DNA from: Bacteroidales bacterium
Lineage (GTDB): Bacteria; Bacteroidota; Bacteroidia; Bacteroidales; UBA932
Length of the DNA: 64,000 nucleotides
Direction of reading: 5' to 3'
NCBI GenBank assembly: GCA_017548505.1
Contig: JAFYZX010000005.1
Coordinates: forward strand, 385 to 64,384
The notes under the pieces: model-generated
The model's input: the letters and a program-made list of their open reading frames with translations, nothing else
The model's database searches: none
What the model was told of the DNA's origin: nothing
Translations under genes and position numbers: made by a program
Shown: positions 30,201-36,893 of the stretch, one piece after another
How positions within the stretch are numbered: the stretch's first letter is position 1
Layout: each line of letters opens with the position of its first letter

Positions 30201-31060
30201 GCTCCAATCATCTGAGGAGGATCTCCCACCACGAGAGTATCTCCAAAATCCTTATAGAGAAGCATCCGGAAGCGGCTGCGGTCCTTGTCGTCGTCATCAT
30301 TCTTCTGCTCTTTCTTCTGAGGTTCTTTCTTTGCCGGCTTTGCCTTCGGCTTCTTCTTTTTGCCGATAAGAGCCGCTCCGCCTATAACAGCTGCACCGCC
30401 ACCTATGATGTAAATCCACGGAATCTCTGTTCCTTCTTCTTCCTCACCTTCCTTATCCGAGGCAACGGTGGTCTTTTCCGTCAGCTGCCCGGGTCCGCGG
30501 TATTCATATAGATATTTCTGATATACTGCAATTTCGTGCGCTCCCGCCTGAAGCAATTTGCAGCTTACCATTATCAGCAGTTTGGAATCCCTGCCAGGAT
30601 TAATGTTCTCAGATGGAAAATGTTCGTAAACTCTGAAAACTTTGCCGTCTCCCCGGAAAAAGGCCTGAGAGTATGAAGATGTCATTGTTGCTCCAATCTG
30701 GTAAACGAGCTTACATGCTTTTAGAGCCTGAGGAGTAAGACCCGGGTCAAATGCCCTGTCGTACTGGAAAGTTACATTGTCCTCATCTCCAAAGCGTATC
30801 TTGGAAGGAGGATCCTGCCAGGTCATGGTAACTGTGCCGTCGTTTGTGCGTGCATAGTTCCTTCTGATGGTCCACAGCTGTTTCTTATCTCTCCCGCTTC
30901 CGTTATGGGAAATGCCATCGCTGTTTTCCTGAATCTCGGTCTTTACCAGCACCCAGTAGCCTTCTTCTGCAAATGCTGAGGAAACTGTCGCGATAAAGAT
31001 GAAAAGAAACAAGCACTGTCTAATCCATCCCAATCGCTGGGAAAAACTATGATGGTTCAT
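27281..31060 (-). CDS. giant (1259 aa) multi-domain membrane protein, no recognisable family
   Basis: Signal peptide (res 1-31), ~180-aa ectodomain, TM WIYIIGGGAAVIGGAALIG (215-233), then a poly-Lys/Asp stop-transfer region. A beta-rich region (263-640) is followed by a hydrophobic hairpin (748-812), a Lys-rich low-complexity stretch (820-915) and a ~345-aa helical C-terminal domain. I recognise no catalytic motif. Confidence 0.8.
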   Translation of the reverse strand: MNHHSFSQRLGWIRQCLFLFIFIATVSSAFAEEGYWVLVKTEIQENSDGISHNGSGRDKKQLWTIRRNYARTNDGTVTMTWQDPPSKIRFGDEDNVTFQYDRAFDPGLTPQALKACKLVYQIGATMTSSYSQAFFRGDGKVFRVYEHFPSENINPGRDSKLLIMVSCKLLQAGAHEIAVYQKYLYEYRGPGQLTEKTTVASDKEGEEEEGTEIPWIYIIGGGAAVIGGAALIGKKKKPKAKPAKKEPQKKEQKNDDDDKDRSRFRMLLYKDFGDTLVVGDPPQMIGARIEEINVYGEKINRPDLSAQISIFEEENCSISDSRMVGKYMSCNVVAKNAPPEGEEGKAKVRFVFNGHAGTLINHVVFKVVACPEIVIGEALTFEAGGGKTLFMEFGINNCTTEVLGVDVSMDKGGAKFFSAETLQDEKIPVKFRINVTECGKITEKEKENAIAGDAERYTCYVTVNLEGRKEPLKTTFDLYRMNLGVHMDIRALKAYLVDYDSTLENEILATNPKARKKWGESKVTFKLIAEDKKTGDIRSVLPDAEPVFTFEDMPEGNVLFRDKYGNDVPNPCALMNFKFVCKEVRSDNTVVGLIHSGGGGLLPPNRAKAKVTLKVTYNGKEYEDTDEVMIISQPFRDIADNREYNLALKDDEKKLNQLIDIRSKIGFDPRFSYLMPFYYKVHALIEGYDSRFGVYEPDYKKIKNVFDKYCSGQIGYYFVNDAAWTPEWTEADENFNAFVATFASMEKSIPVIGLRIALAYFTAGASELVLMPYSGVVKMKEYVDKGGDSAFKGFVVASVEVFFWEGVFYVGGKALKWARGTQVGQQVEAKAVAKAKEGWGKLKEGYKKIKDYVTKAKEGKDATKKIANSSSFSTKKIADKITDAGKKAGKTRKSSIAGANDAIRKTRMKGDAIFTKESKFAEECSKVARKDAQKIYDDFKKVMNNPNATPEEVRRATLALQGNKNAQNLLRNSPSDLLRANYNAQMQKIYDEVDPMTIKKLAKKLGVPEKDIQPFKGATGNAGDDLYLGKKIGADRDVTFQVRGKDGKWVDIQEDLMEEAYAEAFNEYHYGYMPADKQQAIKTLKKFDQATVHGELGKESYGKDLQNIIKKEFQTNKLYDPERVANTFEYKCKEWISQGKNCQNQAQQLYDMGMIEEAMHVRGYGDALIEEGIRQNVKQFKRILDPRITALNAKGVGKDYSILYEKIRILESIGNPPPKDILPTTLEEARLVLQDQYGCTIEQVVEECAGVIKEINEYL

Positions 31061-31071
31061 TGTAACCTGTT

Positions 31072-31842
31072 TTATTTCTTTACTTTAGGGCAACGGGACT
31101 TTATATAGTTGTACACAAAGTCAAAGTCTTTCTTAGGCACATATATCTGGTTGTGCTCAAAAGGCTCGTGAACCTTGATGCACTTTAGCCATCTGAGAGG
31201 CTTTATCCTGCGTACAACCTTGAAAGTGGAGGTTGAAACCTGCTTGGTGGTAGAAAGGATTCCGACACCGGTAGTGGTGAGATTTCCCGTTGACGCACCA
31301 GCCATGGCAGTTATCCAACCCAGAATCTGGGCTTTCTTGAATTGCTTTGGCACCTGGATATGGCGGATCTGTTCTTCATCCATTTCAAACAGAACGCAAT
31401 AGCTGCCGCCATAAATAAAAGTAAGTACAATCAGGCTGATAATTGTGAGGCCTGCCATAATAGCCATGGCTATCAAAAGAGCCTCTCCCATTCCTGTCAA
31501 TTGATCCCAGTCTCCGTGTATGATAGCCGGTATTACTCCGAATACCAGCATCATACCCGCCAGAATAAAGAAGAAAATCTTGAGTACGGTAAACAGGATT
31601 ACTGGATTTGTAAGCATATTGAGCTTGTAAACCCAGCGGTACTTGCCATCGTTGCAGAGCTTGATTTCGGCACCCTGGTAGTTTTTATCTGCGGCTTCTC
31701 CTTCCGCATGCTTTTCTTCCGAATAGTGTTCCTTCTCTACGGGGATGTTCTCTTTTGCGGAGCCTTCCACCGGATTTCCGCAACTGGTGCAGAATTTTGC
31801 GTTGTCCGGCAACTGTGTTCCGCAGTTTGTGCAAAATTTCAT
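31072..31842 (-). CDS. zinc-ribbon polytopic membrane protein, unknown function
   Basis: 256 aa. MKFCTNCGTQLPDNAKFCTSCGN ribbon and a CNDGKYRWVYKLNMLTNP motif, followed by 3-4 hydrophobic helices and a basic C-terminal domain. It lies 11 nt upstream of the giant gene. Confidence 0.75.
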   Translation of the reverse strand: MKFCTNCGTQLPDNAKFCTSCGNPVEGSAKENIPVEKEHYSEEKHAEGEAADKNYQGAEIKLCNDGKYRWVYKLNMLTNPVILFTVLKIFFFILAGMMLVFGVIPAIIHGDWDQLTGMGEALLIAMAIMAGLTIISLIVLTFIYGGSYCVLFEMDEEQIRHIQVPKQFKKAQILGWITAMAGASTGNLTTTGVGILSTTKQVSTSTFKVVRRIKPLRWLKCIKVHEPFEHNQIYVPKKDFDFVYNYIKSRCPKVKK

Positions 31843-31864
31843 AGGACTATGTTTTTAATTATTT

Positions 31865-32071
31865 CTAGGAAAGGTCTATCCCGCAGCTGCGCAGGCCGAG
31901 CAATACAAAAATCAGCAAGGCGGCGGAAAGAACGAGGGTAATGACCATAAGAAGCCAGTTCTTTCTGTTTTTCCTCTGCGATAAAAGTCTGGCAATTAAG
32001 ACCAAAGACAAAACCAAGATTGCTACGACAATCCAGTTCTGAGTCTGGCTGAGTGCAAGAATTGTATTCAT
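31865..32071 (-). CDS. 68-aa two-TM membrane protein
   Basis: MNTILALSQTQNWIVVAILVLSLVLIARLL-SQRKNRKN-WLLMVITLVLSAALLIFVLLGL. Two hydrophobic helices are joined by a basic loop. The gene is wedged 8 nt and 22 nt from its neighbours. Confidence 0.55.
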   Translation of the reverse strand: MNTILALSQTQNWIVVAILVLSLVLIARLLSQRKNRKNWLLMVITLVLSAALLIFVLLGLRSCGIDLS

Positions 32072-32079
32072 GGCAGGCC

Positions 32080-33609
32080 CTAAAAATTGAAACCGATATC
32101 CTTTACCAGGCGGACGGCAAAGCCGGCAGCTTTTGAGTTAGAGGGATCATTATATACTCCTTTTAAAACTGAGGAAATAATCACAGCACCTCCCTCCGTG
32201 GAAGTCCAATAGAAGCCTTCTCCAAGACGATCAACATTCGTACCCATACGCCCTCCGGTAATAGGAAGGAAGACGGCGCCCTTAGGCTCCCAATCGGTTT
32301 TCCAATCGGATGAAGAAACTGTATTATCATTAAAGTTTGAGTGGGCTGAGTTCATCGCCGGGCTTGTCCAGGAGCCATCCGGGAGAAGGATAAGGCCCAT
32401 TATCCCATTTACAGTTGCAAAGCCATATTTTGTTGACGCATCGGCGCGGTGAGTCGTGATTTCCGACTCGGGGATGCCGAGCAAATAACCCCACTCCGCG
32501 CGTGACAGAGTTCGCCAACCGAAGCCGGAGGCATTGCCGCCGTTCGTGATTGCACTATTGCCCCATTCAGACCAGCTATAATCATTTTCATCATCGCTGA
32601 CGTTGTTTGGATTGTTTTGCGTTCCCCATCCCAAAAGATCCCGGTGATCGTCGATCTGCGAATTGCCGAAGCTGTCCCACTGGTTTTCGGCAAATTGCCA
32701 GGAACCCACGTACTGCAGGTTACCCTGAGAGAAATAGACCTTTTTCTCTTCCGAGACGGAGAACTTGCCGATGTATCTGGCGGTTTTCCACATGTGAGAA
32801 GCGTCATCAAGGCTCTTGAACTTGTAGAAAGTGCTAGGTGTGAGAGCACGAGTTTTTTCAAATATAGTATAATTATCTCCGTTGCATAGGTAAAAATAGT
32901 AATCCAACACAGTTCCCGGGCTGTCGATGTATCCTGAATAAACTACACCCTCGGCATCGGCAAACCCGGCAAGGGGACCGGTTGGGAGGGTATATTTAAT
33001 ACCATCATCCTGAATGCCTCTGACTTGCCGAGGCCTGACGTTGCTTACACGGAATGAATAATTCTTGAAGGTTGTTTGCAGGCCAGGAATGTGGAACTGG
33101 ACGGAATTCTCCGGGATGCTCAGGCTCAGGTTCAAAGTAATAGCCGTTCCGCTGACGGTGTATGGGACATTCTGCTGCTCCAGGTAATAGGTTGCCGGCC
33201 ATGCGTCGTCGGCAGTGACGAACTCAAGAATCTGCTTGTCGTTGAATGTAGTAAATTGCGGTGTAACATTGACCGGGAAATAGATGGCGTGGCAATACTT
33301 TCTGGCGGCGGCAAAATCACCCTCGGTAAAAGCGGCGCTCTGCGTTGCCTCCCATGTAGAAGCTCCAGCGTTGTATGTAAGAGTGAGATACTTGTTGTTT
33401 ATATCCTGAAACTTGACATAAATCTTATCTCCGCCGAGCCATACAGATTTGGCCTCCGCTTTGGTCTTTGGCGCATCGACGGTTACCTTGAAGGTAAAGT
33501 GGGCGGTCTCTTCCTTATCTGTTCCGTTGTCGTCAGGGGCCGGAAGATCATTCTTAGTGCAGGCGAAAAGCGCAGCGAACGCGCAAAGGAAAACAAATGC
33601 TTTTTTCAT
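32080..33609 (-). CDS. surface lipoprotein with C-terminal FISUMP/DUF1566-type (lectin-like) domain
   Basis: Lipobox FAALFACTKN when started at the ATG at 33609 (MKKAFVFLCAF). The C-terminal 200 aa carry GWRTLSRAEWGYLL, GAVFLPITGGR, FYWTSTE and AAGFAVRLVKD, resembling the Fibrobacter-succinogenes-major-paralogous/DUF1566 fold. First large gene of the operon. Confidence 0.7.
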   Translation of the reverse strand: MKKAFVFLCAFAALFACTKNDLPAPDDNGTDKEETAHFTFKVTVDAPKTKAEAKSVWLGGDKIYVKFQDINNKYLTLTYNAGASTWEATQSAAFTEGDFAAARKYCHAIYFPVNVTPQFTTFNDKQILEFVTADDAWPATYYLEQQNVPYTVSGTAITLNLSLSIPENSVQFHIPGLQTTFKNYSFRVSNVRPRQVRGIQDDGIKYTLPTGPLAGFADAEGVVYSGYIDSPGTVLDYYFYLCNGDNYTIFEKTRALTPSTFYKFKSLDDASHMWKTARYIGKFSVSEEKKVYFSQGNLQYVGSWQFAENQWDSFGNSQIDDHRDLLGWGTQNNPNNVSDDENDYSWSEWGNSAITNGGNASGFGWRTLSRAEWGYLLGIPESEITTHRADASTKYGFATVNGIMGLILLPDGSWTSPAMNSAHSNFNDNTVSSSDWKTDWEPKGAVFLPITGGRMGTNVDRLGEGFYWTSTEGGAVIISSVLKGVYNDPSNSKAAGFAVRLVKDIGFNF

Positions 33610-33625
33610 AATACAATCCTCCCGG

Positions 33626-33745
33626 TTAAATGTCTTCTTCATTCCACTTAGCTGGATTGGATACCTGTAACAAGGAAACAGCAGCCGTCAGTTCCACCAT
33701 TATGACAGAAGGTGCTGAATAGGTTTCTTTCATCATTTTATCCAT
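33626..33745 (-). CDS. candidate 39-aa sORF upstream of the operon
   Basis: Own translation: MDKMMKETYSAPSVIMVELTAAVSLLQVSNPAKWNEEDI. It lies between the predicted -7 box (33810-33817) and the lipoprotein ATG (33609). It is below the ORF-track size cut-off, and no homology was assessed. Confidence 0.3.
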   Translation of the reverse strand: MDKMMKETYSAPSVIMVELTAAVSLLQVSNPAKWNEEDI

Positions 33746-33809
33746 AGTATATCGTTTGTTTATTACTTTTCTGGAACAGAGGCGATGAGGGCCCAATCTC
33801 TCAGTTATG

Positions 33810-33817
33810 CAAATATA
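33810..33817 (-). promoter_or_regulatory. -7 promoter box for the zinc-ribbon/giant-protein operon
   Basis: The minus strand reads TATATTTG. It is 64 nt upstream of the sORF ATG (33745) and about 200 nt upstream of the lipoprotein ATG. Confidence 0.5.
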
Positions 33818-33944
33818 CCTTTTTTATCCTATTCCGGCTAGCTTATTAAGGGATTTTGAAAATTCAAGCTCGGGGGGGGTGCGGTGGAACTCATCGAGAA
33901 GATAGGCACTCAGAACTGGCTATTGCTACAACTGTAAGTATATG

Positions 33945-34015
33945 GGCCGGCAAAGCCGGAGCGTTGTAATCGTTGATGATGCGTGGCTATCGTGTATTCA
34001 GTATCGTATTCTAGA
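33945..34015. repeat. island repeat right-arm copy with alternative GC hairpin junction
   Basis: GGCCGGCAAAGCCGG (also present at 41621-41635) is joined directly to AGCGTTGTAATCGTTGATGATGCGTGGCTATCGTGTATTCAGTATCGTATTC. Confidence 0.8.
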
Positions 34016-34020
34016 AGGTT

Positions 34021-34084
34021 GATTTTTGTAAAATATCGCATTTTAAAATGCTGATTTTTGTAAAATATCGCGTTTTGAGAAAAT
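34021..34084. repeat. 32-bp tandem duplication containing a 14-bp perfect palindrome
   Basis: GATTTTTGTAAAATATCGC occurs at 34021 and again at 34053. GCATTTTAAAATGC (34038-34051) is a perfect palindrome. TATCGCGTTTTGAG (34065-34078) is shared with unit D (41485-41498). Confidence 0.85.
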
Positions 34085-34320
34085 TTCAGTACCTCTACGC
34101 CGTAAATAGAACAATGCTATGATAGACAAGAGAACATTGGTTTCTACAGATGATTATACAGCCTTTATCTGGAATGAGGGGAAGAATCTCACCGTGTTTT
34201 ATTATAACACCAGAGACAAGAAGGAAGCCGCTTAGAGCCCCAATAAATAATGGTTGTCACCAATAAGGGCAACCTCAAAATGTTGACCAAAAAGTGACCA
34301 ATTTTGGGGGATAAAAAGGA

Positions 34321-34368
34321 AAAGACTTTGTATGATGCTTGGAAATGAGCAACTTACAAAGTCTTTTT
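34321..34368 (+). terminator. hairpin + T-tract inside repeat unit A
   Basis: AAAGACTTTGTA-22 nt-TACAAAGTCTTT followed by TT, then the tRNA-end core. It is preceded by an A-tract, so it could act in both directions. Confidence 0.55.
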
Positions 34369-34382
34369 GTACCCGGAGCCGG
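34363..34382. repeat. direct duplicate of the tRNA-Leu 3' end plus flank (att-core-like), copy 1
   Basis: CTTTTTGTACCCGGAGCCGG is identical over 20 nt to 41681-41700, which is the 3'-terminal 14 nt of tRNA-Leu plus 6 nt of downstream flank, in the same orientation. Confidence 0.9.
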
Positions 34383-34496
34383 AGCGTTGGAATCGTTGAT
34401 AATGCGTGGCTATCGTGTATTCATTGGTGGCTGTATAAAGGAAAGCTCATCAAATGCTTAACTTTTCGGGTGATGTATTCACGATAATCCCCGAGA

Positions 34497-34556
34497 AACG
34501 CGGTCAAACGCGGTCAAGTTTTGGAAACGTGGTCAATTGTGGTCAAGCTAGAGGGG
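34497..34556. repeat. iteron block: four GGTCAA(A/G) repeats
   Basis: AACGCGGTCAAACGCGGTCAAG...AACGTGGTCAATTGTGGTCAAGCTAGAGGGGG. Same motif family as at 35324, 37984, 37995, 41509 and 41520. Confidence 0.8.
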
Positions 34557-34665
34557 GCGGACAAATCTCAAGATTGTACCATAAAAAAGAATCTTGATAG
34601 GGGCGGAATGGATGGGGTTTTATCTAAAAAACATCTATTTTTGTTCAAACAATGAAATATTATTG

Positions 34666-35304
34666 ATGAAACGGAAAGCTTACATTTTTTTAGCAATAAT
34701 ATTCACCAGTTTAAGTTTTATTGTCATCTACCCGAGACTGAGGCCAGGCAATTTGAAATCAATAGCACAGAAAGTAAGACTCAGCGATGACATTAAATAT
34801 GCAATTCTGGTAGATTATGGGAGGCATTCCGGAAGGAACCGCTTCTTTGTCTGGGACTTTGAAAAGGACAAGGTTGTGCTCTCATCTCCTTGTGCTCATG
34901 GTTATGGTGGTGGCAGCACAGCCCGCCATTGTGTTTTCAGCAACAAGATTGGAAGCCATTGTTCTTCTGAAGGAAGATATACATTAGAGAAAGAGAGACA
35001 GATGTACCAGTTTTCAGGAAGGAAATGCTTTCCGGTAAAAGGATTGGATAAGGGTATAAATGATAATGCTGAAAAGAGAGCTATACTGATCCATCCGGCC
35101 AGAATGCCATCTTTTCCCATTTATCCGTTTCTTTTCCCAGTGCGAGTTATAAATCTGGGTTTCTGGACTATTCGTCCTGCAAGTGAGGGTTGTATCACTA
35201 TTCCTGGAAAGCAGTATGAGGAATTGAGAAAAATTGTCGCAGCCGCGGGTGTCAAACACGTTATGCTCTATGTTTATGATTCTTCCAGTCTGAATGATTC
35301 TTAA
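34666..35304 (+). CDS. L,D-transpeptidase catalytic-domain family protein (YkuD_2-like), membrane anchored
   Basis: N-terminal TM KRKAYIFLAIIFTSLSFIVIY. Motifs CAHGYGGGS, ILIHPA and the catalytic-Cys context PASEGCITIP. Start set to the ATG at 34666. Confidence 0.7.
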   Translation: MKRKAYIFLAIIFTSLSFIVIYPRLRPGNLKSIAQKVRLSDDIKYAILVDYGRHSGRNRFFVWDFEKDKVVLSSPCAHGYGGGSTARHCVFSNKIGSHCSSEGRYTLEKERQMYQFSGRKCFPVKGLDKGINDNAEKRAILIHPARMPSFPIYPFLFPVRVINLGFWTIRPASEGCITIPGKQYEELRKIVAAAGVKHVMLYVYDSSSLNDS

Positions 35305-35311
35305 GGGGAGA

Positions 35312-35370
35312 TTCTGAAAAATGTGGTCAAATTTGGGGGATAATCGCTATCTATCGTTTATTCATTGTGC
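35312..35370. repeat. island repeat unit E (short form)
   Basis: TTCTGAAAAATGTGGTCAAATTTGGGGGATAA, followed by TCGCTATCTATCGTTTATTCATTG, which resembles the GGCTATCGTGTATTCATTGG end of the right arm. Confidence 0.8.
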
Positions 35371-35371
35371 A

Positions 35372-36265
35372 TTACTTTGCCAGAAATTCCGAAGGTGTGC
35401 TGCCTGTGACCTTCTTGAACAATCTGCTGAAATGGTGGGGATATTCAAAGCCCAGCAGGTCGGCCACTTCGCCAACACTTAGCCCTTTCATCAGGAGGTT
35501 CTTGGCCTGATCAATTACGAAACTGTGGATGTAGCCGATGGCAGTGCCGCCGGTGCCCTGATGGATCATATCACCAAAGTAACGGGCTGAATAAGCTAGT
35601 TCTCCGGCACAATATGAAACGGTAGGAAGGCCCTTTTCATGTTGCAGCCCTTGGGTGAAATAATCGACAAGCAAGCGGTGGAAGCGTTTGAGGATATCGC
35701 TTTCGCCACTTTCTTTCTGTGAAAGTTGGCGTAGATAGATTCGTTGGCAATATTCCAGAATCAGTTGGAGGTAGCTTGTAAGGATATTCCTGAGCGCAGG
35801 TGAATCCGGATTCTCCTGCATTTCTTTGCGCATAGTGACCAGAAGAAGCGAGAAACGCTCATATTCGGAGGATGTCATCCGCAACCAGTCCGTATCGAAG
35901 TAGGAGAAAAAATGGTATCCTTCCATTTTCCCTTCGAGCGGAGATCCTTTCAACAGTTCCGGGGACCAGAGCAAGGCCCAACCATTGATGTACAGGGGCG
36001 TTCCGTTGTCTTCTCCTCCGCCTATCTGTCCCGGCGCTACGGCAATGATGGAGCTATCTCCTACGATAATGGATTTGGTGCCATAGGACAGATATTTAGG
36101 GAATTGCTGCTGAATGAAGAGACCGTAAACCCCATAATTATTGAGACTGTTCCGGAACGGAGAAACTTCATCATAACTGATGAGCGCCAGCTGAGGATGC
36201 AGGATAGGAGCGCCTACATATTCCGCATAGACATTAGGATTAGAAACCTTCAGAATCTTCTTCAT
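35372..36265 (-). CDS. AraC-family transcriptional regulator
   Basis: C-terminal double HTH (SYCAGELAYSARYFGDMI...VGEVADLLGFEYPHHFSRLFKKVTGSTPSEF). Start at the ATG at 36265 (MKKILKVSNPN), because the TATCTTTG -7 box (36273-36280) lies inside the longer ORF. Confidence 0.85.
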   Translation of the reverse strand: MKKILKVSNPNVYAEYVGAPILHPQLALISYDEVSPFRNSLNNYGVYGLFIQQQFPKYLSYGTKSIIVGDSSIIAVAPGQIGGGEDNGTPLYINGWALLWSPELLKGSPLEGKMEGYHFFSYFDTDWLRMTSSEYERFSLLLVTMRKEMQENPDSPALRNILTSYLQLILEYCQRIYLRQLSQKESGESDILKRFHRLLVDYFTQGLQHEKGLPTVSYCAGELAYSARYFGDMIHQGTGGTAIGYIHSFVIDQAKNLLMKGLSVGEVADLLGFEYPHHFSRLFKKVTGSTPSEFLAK

Positions 36266-36272
36266 AACCCTG

Positions 36273-36280
36273 CAAAGATA
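36273..36280 (-). promoter_or_regulatory. -7 promoter box for AraC regulator 1
   Basis: The minus strand reads TATCTTTG, only 7 nt upstream of the ATG at 36265. Confidence 0.55.
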
Positions 36281-36344
36281 GCAAAATCTGCGAAATTGGT
36301 ATAAAGTCAGCGAATATTGACACAAAAAGCTGCGGGCCTCGCCG

Positions 36345-36352
36345 TACCTTTG
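36345..36352 (+). promoter_or_regulatory. -7 promoter box for the cyclophilin-like/hydrolase pair
   Basis: TACCTTTG, 19 nt upstream of the ATG at 36372. Divergent from the AraC promoter. Confidence 0.55.
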
Positions 36353-36371
36353 CATCGTAAAACCAATAGAT

Positions 36372-36887
36372 ATGAAACGAATGACTACATTGCTTCTTGC
36401 CTGCCTCGCTTCTTTGGCACTTTTCTCCTGCGAAAAGATTGAGCCGGTTGAGATTCCGGAGCCTCAGAAAGGAGAAGAGAAGCAGCCGGAGGACAATAAA
36501 TACAACTCCAACAATAACGACCAAACAACCATAATGGTTATGAACATAACTGCCGGCGGAAAGACCATTACCGCCACACTGTCCAATAACGAGACCGCCA
36601 AAGAACTGGCCAAGAAGCTGAAAGCTGGCGCTGTTACCGTCCAGATGAAGGCCAATGGATTCGAGCACTACGGGCCGCTGGGTTTTACGCTCACCAACCA
36701 CAACGAGCAGATTGCGGCCGCCTCCGGAGATATTATGCTCTACAACAGCAATAATATCTGTGTGTTCTATGGCAACAACAGCTGGTACTACACCCCGCTC
36801 GGAAAGGTGGACGGTCTCTCTGCAGACGAGCTAAAGACATTCTTCGGCACAGGCGACATCTCCGTCACATATTCACTGAAACAATAA
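36372..36887 (+). CDS. cyclophilin-like-fold lipoprotein, unknown function
   Basis: 171 aa, lipobox LALFSCEK. ITAGGKTITATLSNNETAKEL...GDIMLYNSNNICVFYG resembles the cyclophilin-like-fold family often found next to reductases in gut anaerobes. Assignment from memory. Confidence 0.5.
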   Translation: MKRMTTLLLACLASLALFSCEKIEPVEIPEPQKGEEKQPEDNKYNSNNNDQTTIMVMNITAGGKTITATLSNNETAKELAKKLKAGAVTVQMKANGFEHYGPLGFTLTNHNEQIAAASGDIMLYNSNNICVFYGNNSWYYTPLGKVDGLSADELKTFFGTGDISVTYSLKQ

Positions 36888-36893
36888 CACGTT

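Larger units (their letters stand above)
34247..34427. repeat. island repeat unit A (iteron block + hairpin + tRNA-end core + right arm)
   Basis: ATAATGGTTGTCACCAATAAGGGCA..TGACCAA..TGACCAATTTTGGGGGATAAAAAGGAAAAGACTTTGTA..TACAAAGTCTTTTTGTACCCGGAGCCGG, then AGCGTTGGAATCGTTGATAATGCGTGGCTATCGTGTATTCA. The first 135 nt are about 88-90% identical by eye to unit B. The right arm recurs at 33954-34000 and 41451-41490. Confidence 0.88.

Noticed and set aside
32080-32400. Diversity-generating retroelement targeting the lectin-like C-terminus of the lipoprotein
   Set aside because: C-type-lectin/DUF1566-like C-termini are classic DGR targets. However, there is no reverse transcriptase gene in the window. 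I also found no template-repeat copy of the 3' end of the gene in the adjacent non-coding DNA.
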